Below, piece after piece: positions 44,001-50,069 of a DNA stretch of 50,069 nucleotides (its first letter is position 1; every line of letters starts with the position of its first letter). Origin of the DNA: an uncultured Atopococcus sp. (GTDB taxonomy: Bacteria > Bacillota > Bacilli > Lactobacillales > Carnobacteriaceae_A); the NCBI GenBank assembly GCA_964437675.1, contig CAYTHW010000003.1, forward strand, positions 2,836-52,904. The letters are read 5' to 3'. The notes below the pieces were generated by a model that worked only from the letters and a program-made list of their open reading frames with translations, was not told the DNA's origin and ran no database searches. Made by a program: the position numbers and the translations under genes.

Positions 44001-44590
44001 TCATATAAAATATCCTGGACCCGGTCCAGGTTGTCTTTGGTCTTTTCTAACTTAGCTTCTGCTTCTTTCTTTCTGTTCTTATATTTTAAAACACCGGCCG
44101 CTTCTTCGATGACGGCACGGCGGTCTTCCGGTTTGTTATTGAGAATTTGGTCGACTTGACCCTGGCCGATGATAGAAAAAGATTCCCTGCCTATCCCGGA
44201 ATCCATGAAAAGATTATGGATATCCTTGAGGCGTACATTGCGGCCGTTGATAAAGTAATCACTCTGGCCGTCTCTTTTCAGCCGGCGGCCGACTTCCAGC
44301 TGATCAGCATCTTCTGGCAGGAAGCGGTCGGTATTGTCTAAAGTTAAAGTGACATGAGCTATGTTTACAGCTTTACGGTGGGCGGTCCCGGAGAAGATGA
44401 CATCCGTCATCTTGTCTCCTCTCATGCTCTTGGCAGAGGTTTCCCCCATCACCCAGCGAATAGCTTCAATAACATTACTTTTTCCGCTTCCATTAGGACC
44501 AATGATTGCTGTTATCCCCTCCGTGAAGTGGATCTTGGTTTTTTCAGCAAAAGACTTGAATCCCTGTAATTCTATTGAAACTAGTTTCAT
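41021..44590 (-). CDS. smc: Chromosome partition protein SMC
   Basis: 1189 aa. It has an N-terminal Walker A (GPNGSGKSNVIEAIRW), long coiled coils and a central hinge (G..G.VAEL...YE.AVE.AL). The C-terminus carries LSGGERTLTAISLLFSI (signature) and FVILDEVEAALD (Walker B). Confidence 0.97.
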   Translation of the reverse strand: MKLVSIELQGFKSFAEKTKIHFTEGITAIIGPNGSGKSNVIEAIRWVMGETSAKSMRGDKMTDVIFSGTAHRKAVNIAHVTLTLDNTDRFLPEDADQLEVGRRLKRDGQSDYFINGRNVRLKDIHNLFMDSGIGRESFSIIGQGQVDQILNNKPEDRRAVIEEAAGVLKYKNRKKEAEAKLEKTKDNLDRVQDILYEIENQLFSLEKDAAQAEEYLALSESLKKKDIHLTTWEITWLSAQFKQDKSSLTAVCADKLQVEAAIEKCTESLQEAKDEKQTLENKLDRLQTQLLSLVRDFEQTEAQILLYDEKDRHFSEDKLRMQEAVDQASALMEKYQEKITQLEEQLGVQEDQLRLEESRIQEIKGRLQSLSGSKEESLDALKSDYFELLRRQTSYNNEKTYLEKQAQQINSRLARLETSRTDYQSQVEELSHQRLEVQKELEETVSLLEQVQVQLQLLEEERDRVKQKAGQAQNGWLEMRQNYQDKHHQYKNLQAMQDNYSAYYQGVQAVMKAREKLEGVVGTVAELMTVPPAYEQAVETALASSSQFIVVEDHRAAQRAIDYLKQKRAGRATFLPQNRIQARGIPGRVLQMVEKMEGFVGTASQIIRFDPEFSNIIENLLGHIIVVEDIKQASAVSKASGQRYRVVTLEGDVVNVGGSMTGGASRRGDKGGLFSRQNQLDDLKQMLPRLEKEGRDQAKLLADLQEEVKQKEEAAGSLQKELQDYQQVSRQKEYELQQMEEQLERAEKQSGGQKFEWDQLQQEEREIEEAQEEVRKNLKVVEEDIQTKQQEMEQLEYDWTHRQVQISDYQEELEQVQSRRQDLQVQTASLEKEVSLVRSQYTETGQTLAEYQAGLEEMDIKKEKINKEDLQTDLNKLNLQIQEGEKSQEKHQAEREQVKQEIGRLEAELHDLRETYNQQQTRQNEYEIKVSKLETSLQAKLTYLSEEYEISFEDISDESLEVDEQVMESLGQEVGQLKRQIKKMGPVNLSAIEEFREADERHRFLQEQSDDLYSAKADLFSTMEEMDKEVEMRFEKTFLAVQEKFSEIFPQIFGGGQAELSLTDPDDLLHTGIDIKAQPPGKYLRSLNLLSGGERTLTAISLLFSIIQANPIPFVILDEVEAALDDANVLRFSRYLQKFKEEDIQFLIITHRKGSMEAADTLYGVVMQESGVSSILSVQLKEAEDLVES

Positions 44591-44604
44591 GAACGAGCAC
44601 CTTT

Positions 44605-45303
44605 CTACGATTCGTTAGTTATTATGTCCTCTAAAGCATCTTTAGCCGCCATCTGTTCGGCCTGCTTTTTTGTTCTTCCTTTCCCCTGACCCAGAACTTC
44701 GCCTCCGGCCAGCACCTGAACGACAAAAAAGCGGTCGTGGGCCGGTCCAAAGGAGTCGATCAGTTCATAAGCAATGCTCACTTCTCCATCCTGCTGGAGA
44801 TATTCCTGCAGCTTCGTCTTAAAGTCCATTCCATATGAAAAAACACCGTCTTTGATCTTAGGAAAAACGACCTTGCTCAAAAATTCCTTGACTGCCTTGA
44901 GATCCTGGTCCAGATAAAGGGAACCCAAAAAAGCTTCAAATAAGTCCGCCAGCAGAGAAGGTCTCTTCCTGCCCGCATTCTGTTCCTCACCTTTGCCCAG
45001 ACGGACATACCGGTCGAAACCGCAGTCCAGAGAGAAATGGTAAAGGCTGTTTTCTCTTACTATCTCTGATCTCAAACGGGTCAGTAAACCCTCAGGATGG
45101 TGGGTATATTCATGAAATAAATAATCTGAAACAGAGATTTCCAACACTGCATCACCTAGAAATTCAAGACGTTCATTATCCGTCAAATTGAGATGCCGGT
45201 GTTCATTCACATAGGATGAATGAGTGAATGCTTCGATTAATAATGAATTATCGTTGAAGCGGATATCATATTCACTATTCAAGTACTCAATAAGTGCCTG
45301 CAC
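44605..45303 (-). CDS. rnc: Ribonuclease III
   Basis: 232 aa. NERLEFLGDAVLE is the RNase III signature, and a C-terminal dsRBD is present (GPAHDRFFVVQV...GKGRTKKQAEQMAAKDAL). GTG start with AGGAGG at 8 nt. Confidence 0.96.
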   Translation of the reverse strand: MQALIEYLNSEYDIRFNDNSLLIEAFTHSSYVNEHRHLNLTDNERLEFLGDAVLEISVSDYLFHEYTHHPEGLLTRLRSEIVRENSLYHFSLDCGFDRYVRLGKGEEQNAGRKRPSLLADLFEAFLGSLYLDQDLKAVKEFLSKVVFPKIKDGVFSYGMDFKTKLQEYLQQDGEVSIAYELIDSFGPAHDRFFVVQVLAGGEVLGQGKGRTKKQAEQMAAKDALEDIITNES

Positions 45304-45333
45304 GCTTTTTACCTCCTAAAAATAGTCTCAACC

Positions 45334-45362
45334 ATTATACATTTTTTGATTAATTAAGTAAA
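45334..45362 (-). promoter_or_regulatory. Sigma-A promoter of rnc(-smc-ftsY...)
   Basis: On the minus strand: -35 TTTACT (45357-45362), a 17-nt spacer, then consensus -10 TATAAT (45334-45339). Confidence 0.55.
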
Positions 45363-45515
45363 ATATAGATAAATGTACATCTTTATGATATTTTAATCTG
45401 TATGCTTTATAATAAATAGTCGGGTCTTATTACGTTATTTAAAGGAGGATGCCATATTTTAACCCAGCAAACCAATTTCCAGGAAAAAGATAAATATTTA
45501 TTTTATATAATATGT

Positions 45516-46640
45516 GTGTTGAACTTCTTTCCTTTTTATATCGGGCTCAGCTATTTTCTCGTCCTATTTTTTTACCTCAGTCTAAGGGGCAAGATAAGAT
45601 TTCATTACCTTTATCACAACCCGGCGACCCGGTGGTTCAGCTTGTTCTCGATCTATTCCCTGGGAACCTCCCTCATCCATCAAAATATCTATGGGATGGC
45701 TGTATCCTTTCTCTATTTTCTCTTTATTCTCTACTTTGCCTATTATGAGAAGAATGCGCCGCCCGACCTTTTTGATAAGCTCGTCAACATCTGTATGCTT
45801 GCTTCAGCTTTTATTTTCATTTATGTCGTTCTTGAACATTTAGAGATCGTGGCTGAATGGGATTATTCCTTCATAGCCTCAGGTATCGACAAGAATCACA
45901 GCAACCGGGTCGAAGCTACCTTTTTCAATCCCAACTACTTCGCTCTGATGCTGGAATTTTTTATCGCCATGGGTCTTTACAAATTATTCACCTCTCAAAC
46001 GACATGGAAAAGAGTCATCTATGCCGGCCTGATCGTTGGTAATACTCTGGCGACTTTTTATACTGGAAACCGGACGAGTCCTATCGTCATCGTGGCCGCT
46101 GTCCTGGTTTTCTTTTATGTCTTGTCCTATCGGAAAACCGCCCTTGCCCTGACGAGTATCTTAGGCATCGGGTTGGTCGTCTTCGCTGTCTCCGGTCATT
46201 ATCCGCGGATCGATTCGATCGCCTGGGCCCTGCAGGACCGCCTGGAGATATGGGAAACCGGTCTGAGAGGCATCAAGGACAACTGGATCTTCGGACAGGG
46301 ACCTTATACCTATATGCAGATTTATGATCTCTACGGCGGTAAATTCACTTACCATGCCCACAGTATCTATATCGATACTCTGTTAAATTATGGTATCGTC
46401 GGAAGCTCCATGCTTTTAGTGACAGCCGGCAAGTATTTAAGATGGATGGTTCAAATGCACCGCTACCCGCAGTTAAAAGCGAAAGCAGCCTTAGTCTGGT
46501 CGATGCTGGCCATTTTTCTTGTCCACGGCATCAGCGACCTGGCTATTTACTGGTTCCAGACCGCTTTCGTCTTTCTCACCCTCATTTTACTCGTCCCAAG
46601 CCTCGTCAAAGCAGAAGAAGCGAAAAAAGAAGCCTTGTAA
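45516..46640 (+). CDS. O-antigen ligase / polymerase family (Wzy_C-type) polytopic membrane protein
   Basis: 374 aa with about 10-11 predicted TM segments. FFNPNYFALMLEFFIAMGLY, TGNRTSPIVIVAAVLVFF and YHAHSIYIDTLLNYGIVG fit the O-antigen ligase family loop motifs. The track start GTG 45516 has no RBS. The frame is open back to 45420, and an in-frame ATT at 45456 lies 7 nt after AAAGGAGG, so the true 5' end may be 45456. Confidence 0.8.
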   Translation: MLNFFPFYIGLSYFLVLFFYLSLRGKIRFHYLYHNPATRWFSLFSIYSLGTSLIHQNIYGMAVSFLYFLFILYFAYYEKNAPPDLFDKLVNICMLASAFIFIYVVLEHLEIVAEWDYSFIASGIDKNHSNRVEATFFNPNYFALMLEFFIAMGLYKLFTSQTTWKRVIYAGLIVGNTLATFYTGNRTSPIVIVAAVLVFFYVLSYRKTALALTSILGIGLVVFAVSGHYPRIDSIAWALQDRLEIWETGLRGIKDNWIFGQGPYTYMQIYDLYGGKFTYHAHSIYIDTLLNYGIVGSSMLLVTAGKYLRWMVQMHRYPQLKAKAALVWSMLAIFLVHGISDLAIYWFQTAFVFLTLILLVPSLVKAEEAKKEAL

Positions 46641-46682
46641 AAATAATTTACAGAGCTTCTTTTTTGTTTCATTCATCCAGCT

Positions 46683-46925
46683 TTATTTATTTTTTTCGAT
46701 AAATTCCGCTACTTTACCGACTGTCGTCATATCTTCAGCATCATCATCTGATACTTCAACACTGAACCGGTCTTCCATCTCCATGACCAATTCTACAACA
46801 TCTAAAGAGTCAGCACCCAGGTCATCTCTAAAAGTAGTTTCCGGTGTAATTTTGCTTGCATCTACACCCATACGCTCTACGATTAACTGTTTAACTTCTT
46901 CATACACTGACTGATCTGCCACCAT
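46683..46925 (-). CDS. acpP: Acyl carrier protein
   Basis: 80 aa. [19 protein letters not shown] contains the phosphopantetheine-attachment DSL motif. The gene lies immediately downstream of plsX. Confidence 0.93.
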   Translation of the reverse strand: MVADQSVYEEVKQLIVERMGVDASKITPETTFRDDLGADSLDVVELVMEMEDRFSVEVSDDDAEDMTTVGKVAEFIEKNK

Positions 46926-46986
46926 TCGTCCTCCTTTATATTTTATTATTAATTTATCATTTCTATTTTACACTAAATGATCTATT

Positions 46987-47982
46987 TTACTCAGCAAAGG
47001 CCCCTGCCATATTATCGATGACACCGGAGGCCAGCATATCTCTGGCTTTTCCTAAGGTGTATTCGACGACTTCTCTTTTCGAAGACCCGTGGGACTTAAG
47101 GACAGGAGCTTTGACACCGATCAAGATAGCTCCTCCCACTTTATTATGATCCAGACCGTCACCTAACTGTGAGAGAGAGTCCTTGATCAAATAGCCGCCC
47201 AGCTTGGTCTTCAGACCGCCTGAAAGAACAGCATTTTTGATGACATTCTTCATCGTTGAAGCCGTCCCTTCCATGGTCTTGAGAACAGCATTCCCTGTAA
47301 AACCATCGGTCACGATGACATCGACCAGTCCATTCAACAGGTCTCTGGCTTCGATGTTTCCATAAAAATTGACAGCAGGCTCATCTTTCAATAAATCGTA
47401 AGCTTTCTTAGTCAGGTCATTTCCTTTATTCTCTTCTGTTCCGATGTTCAAAAGACCCACCGTCGGATTTTGAATGCCGCGGATATCCCGGGCAAAATGT
47501 GTACCCAGAACAGCATGCTGCAGGATATTGACAGGCTTGGCATCTGCATTGGCTCCCAAGTCTAAGAATTCAAACTCCTGGCGGCCCTCTGAAAAGGCAG
47601 GTAAAGTCGACATCAGAGCCGGACGGTCAACATTATGAAAGCGCCCGACAACTAAAAGACCAGCAGCTACCAGAGCTCCTGTGTTCCCACAAGACATGAG
47701 AGCATCTGCTCTGCCCTCCTGGACATCCTTGGCCGCCAGTACCATCGATGCTTCTTTTTTTCTGCGTACTGCCCGGACAGGATCATCATCGGCTTCTATT
47801 TTTTCATCAGTATGCACGATCTCTATATTAGAAAGATCATCGGTCAAATACTTTCTGATTTCATCTTCTGCTCCATAGAGGATATAACTGACATCAGAGT
47901 TATTACGGGCAGCATTTTCTGCTCCGATAACGATTTCTTTAGGTGCATGATCTCCACCCATTGCATCAATTGCGATTCTCAT
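46987..47982 (-). CDS. plsX: Phosphate:acyl-ACP acyltransferase PlsX
   Basis: 331 aa. MRIAIDAMGGDHAPKE, SCGNTGALVAAG and DGFTGNAVLKTMEG are PlsX signatures. AAGGAG RBS at 7 nt. Confidence 0.96.
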   Translation of the reverse strand: MRIAIDAMGGDHAPKEIVIGAENAARNNSDVSYILYGAEDEIRKYLTDDLSNIEIVHTDEKIEADDDPVRAVRRKKEASMVLAAKDVQEGRADALMSCGNTGALVAAGLLVVGRFHNVDRPALMSTLPAFSEGRQEFEFLDLGANADAKPVNILQHAVLGTHFARDIRGIQNPTVGLLNIGTEENKGNDLTKKAYDLLKDEPAVNFYGNIEARDLLNGLVDVIVTDGFTGNAVLKTMEGTASTMKNVIKNAVLSGGLKTKLGGYLIKDSLSQLGDGLDHNKVGGAILIGVKAPVLKSHGSSKREVVEYTLGKARDMLASGVIDNMAGAFAE

Positions 47983-49984
47983 GGTTTATCTCCTTAGTTT
48001 CTATATTCTTCTTACTTCTTGCATAATTCAGAGCTTCAGCTCTTGCCGCTTCTAAGATGGGATAATCAGCAACGATATCTGCCATCTTAAATTTGGGCAG
48101 ACCTGACTGTCTCCGGCCGAAAACATCTCCCGGCCCGCGGAGTTCCAGGTCTTTTTCACTCAAATAAAAACCGTCCTGGCTCTCTGTCATGAGAGACAGC
48201 CTTTTTTTACCTATTTCAGTTTTAGGCTGTCCGACTAAAAGACAGACTGCCTCCTGCTCTCCACGTCCGACCCGCCCGCGTAATTGGTGCAGCTGGGCCA
48301 GACCGAAACGTTCGGCATCGTAGATGACCATCAAGTTGGCATTGGGGACATCGACACCCACTTCGATGACTGTCGTAGCTATCAAAATCTGGATCTCATT
48401 TTCCTTGAAAGCCCTCATCATGTCATCTTTTTCATCTGCCGTCATTTTACCATGCAGGAGACCCACTTTAAACCGGGGTTCGTAGCGGGTGCGGTATTCT
48501 TCATAACTTTCCAGAGCGGTCTGGAGGTCGACCGTCTCACTTTCATCGATGAGCGCATTGATGACGTAGACCTGGCCGCCTTCCGAGAGGGACTTTTCTA
48601 CCAGGATATCGATCTTCTTGTCATCAGGGGACTGGATCCAGCGGGTATCGACGGGCTTTCTGCCTTTCGGTAATTCATCAATGATGGACATGGACATATC
48701 TCCGAAAGAAGTCAGGGCCATCGAACGGGGTATAGGCGTAGCTGTCATATATAAAATATTAGTGAAGCTGCCCTTTTCTTCCAGAGTCTCCCTCTGTTTA
48801 ACCCCGAAGCGGTGCTGTTCGTCGATGATAACGAAGCCCAGATCCGCAAATTCGACCGGATCCTGGATCAGAGCATGCGTTCCCACGACTACATCCAGTC
48901 TGCCGGCACTTAATTCCTCAACTATCTTTTTCTTCTGCTTGTCAGTCATCGAGCCTGTCATCAGGGCCAGGGAAAGATCAAGACCGGCAAACATCTCACC
49001 CAGAGAAGTGGCGTGCTGTTCAGCTAATATTTCGGTAGGAACCATGAAAGCTGTCTGTCTGCCGGCTGTATGGGCCGCCACTATTGCCGCGGCAGCGACC
49101 ATCGTTTTACCGCTTCCTACATCTCCCTGCAGCATACGTCTCATCTTGAATGGCGACTTAAAATCCGCACATATCTCGTTGATCACACATTTCTGCGCCC
49201 CGGTCGGCTCAAAAGGCAGAGAATCGGTAAACTGCTGGATAGCAGTCACATCGTAATCGATGATATAAGCCTCATCCATCTGGTCTTTTTTCATCTTCGT
49301 TTCCTGAATCTTCAATTGGAAAGTGAAGAGTTCTTCGAACTTAATCTCCCGGACAGCCTGCCGGGATAAGTTTTCATCCTCTGGAAAATGAATATTTTTG
49401 ATGGCCTCCTGGTGGCTGATCAGTCGATATTTATTTTTCAACTCTACCGGGACATGTTCCGGTATTTCTGAATGGTAGCTTTCATAAGCCCCTTTGATCA
49501 ATTTTCTAAGAGCAGCCTGCTTGATGCCGGCATTGGCCGGATAGACCGGCTCCAGGCTGTCTTCAAGCGGCTGTCCGCCGCTGGAAAGCAGACGCTGGGC
49601 CACTAAACTTTTCTTTAATCCATCAAAACGACCATAAACAATGATATGGTCGTTTCGCTGAATCTGTTTTTTATAATAAGGTTGGTTAAAAAAGGTCACA
49701 GGCACAGGTATTCCATTCACCAGTACAGTAAAGTTCAAGCGGCTTTTTCTATAGGCAAAATAGCTGACGACAGGCTCATTGATGACTTCACCCTGCAAAA
49801 CGACTGACTGCTTATCTTCTATCTCTGCGATATTGTCCACACTCAGGTCTTCATACCGGAAAGGATAGTGCTGCAGCAGGTCATAGATGGTGAAGATACC
49901 TAAGTCATTTAAAGCGGCCGCCCGCTTCTCTCCGACATGTGGTAAATGAATGATATCGCTGTAAATCGTTGCCGTCTCTGTCAT
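47966..49984 (-). CDS. recG: ATP-dependent DNA helicase RecG
   Basis: 672 aa. It has an N-terminal wedge/OB domain, then LQGDVGSGKTMVAAAA (Walker A), IIDEQHRFGV (DEQH box), MTATPIPRS and QLHQLRGRVGRG. The 3' end overlaps the plsX start by 17 nt. Confidence 0.96.
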   Translation of the reverse strand: MTETATIYSDIIHLPHVGEKRAAALNDLGIFTIYDLLQHYPFRYEDLSVDNIAEIEDKQSVVLQGEVINEPVVSYFAYRKSRLNFTVLVNGIPVPVTFFNQPYYKKQIQRNDHIIVYGRFDGLKKSLVAQRLLSSGGQPLEDSLEPVYPANAGIKQAALRKLIKGAYESYHSEIPEHVPVELKNKYRLISHQEAIKNIHFPEDENLSRQAVREIKFEELFTFQLKIQETKMKKDQMDEAYIIDYDVTAIQQFTDSLPFEPTGAQKCVINEICADFKSPFKMRRMLQGDVGSGKTMVAAAAIVAAHTAGRQTAFMVPTEILAEQHATSLGEMFAGLDLSLALMTGSMTDKQKKKIVEELSAGRLDVVVGTHALIQDPVEFADLGFVIIDEQHRFGVKQRETLEEKGSFTNILYMTATPIPRSMALTSFGDMSMSIIDELPKGRKPVDTRWIQSPDDKKIDILVEKSLSEGGQVYVINALIDESETVDLQTALESYEEYRTRYEPRFKVGLLHGKMTADEKDDMMRAFKENEIQILIATTVIEVGVDVPNANLMVIYDAERFGLAQLHQLRGRVGRGEQEAVCLLVGQPKTEIGKKRLSLMTESQDGFYLSEKDLELRGPGDVFGRRQSGLPKFKMADIVADYPILEAARAEALNYARSKKNIETKEINHENRN

Positions 49985-50069
49985 ATTATCACCCAGCCTT
50001 TATTCCCTGTTATTCGACAGAAAAAGTATAAGAGTATACAGGCTGCTGGCCGTTATACACTTCTATTTC

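Noticed and set aside
45449-45493. 14-codon mini-ORF (MPYFNPANQFPGKR) starting at the ATG that abuts the AAAGGAGG upstream of the O-antigen-ligase-like gene
   Set aside because: The SD-to-ATG spacing is essentially 0 nt, which is incompatible with efficient initiation. I kept it only as an alternative explanation in the start-codon finding (leader peptide or frameshift).
48618-49256. 212-aa + strand ORF (and 129-aa ORF at 48284) antisense to recG
   Set aside because: It is an antisense shadow ORF within a canonical helicase gene. The translation is Ser/Cys/Arg-rich with no motifs.
1-50069. Visual search for CRISPR repeats, parS (TGTTNCACGTGAAACA), DnaA-box clusters (TTATCCACA), tRNA/rRNA genes and IS inverted repeats
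   Set aside because: I saw no convincing instance by eye. This is a limited manual scan, and a computational scan would be needed to exclude single degenerate sites.

Overview
The window reads as a conserved chromosomal core segment of a low-GC Gram-positive bacterium (class Bacilli, with a Lactobacillales/Carnobacteriaceae-like gene order and a markedly acidic proteome). I support 49 protein genes, 44 of them on the minus strand. I also support a type-B RNase P RNA (rnpB), an FMN riboswitch upstream of ribU, about a dozen intrinsic terminators and several sigma-A-type promoters. Gene order is largely colinear with the Bacillus subtilis 'yp' region (ypsC-rnpB-gpsB-ypsA / recU-ponA / dnaD-ypmB-dinG-cca-ypjD-ypiB-ypiA-hup-der-rpsA-cmk ... 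recQ-ypbB-ribU). It continues through ribT-scpA-scpB-rluB, xerD, cvfB, pyk and dnaE. The last block is rplS-trmD-rimM-khpA-rpsP-ffh-ylxM-ftsY-smc-rnc and acpP-plsX-recG. By eye I found no CRISPR array, transposase, phage or integrative element, toxin-antitoxin pair or recognisable defence island, so I do not claim a novel system. The less ordinary parts are as follows. (1) There is a tandem pair of diverged monomeric-sarcosine-oxidase-family flavoenzymes, each with its own homologous terminator. (2) An orphan O-antigen-ligase-family membrane protein sits on the opposite strand inside the normally contiguous rnc/acpP-plsX neighbourhood, and its best Shine-Dalgarno points to an ATT start. (3) dnaE abuts pyk with no pfkA, while a monocistronic class I aldolase lies 6 kb away. 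(4) ribT is kept next to scpAB without a rib operon, while riboflavin uptake (ribU) is FMN-riboswitch controlled. (5) A repeat-rich LysM membrane protein is present. Several longest-ORF starts in the supplied track are over-extended; I corrected them using RBS spacing and conserved N-termini, as noted per feature.
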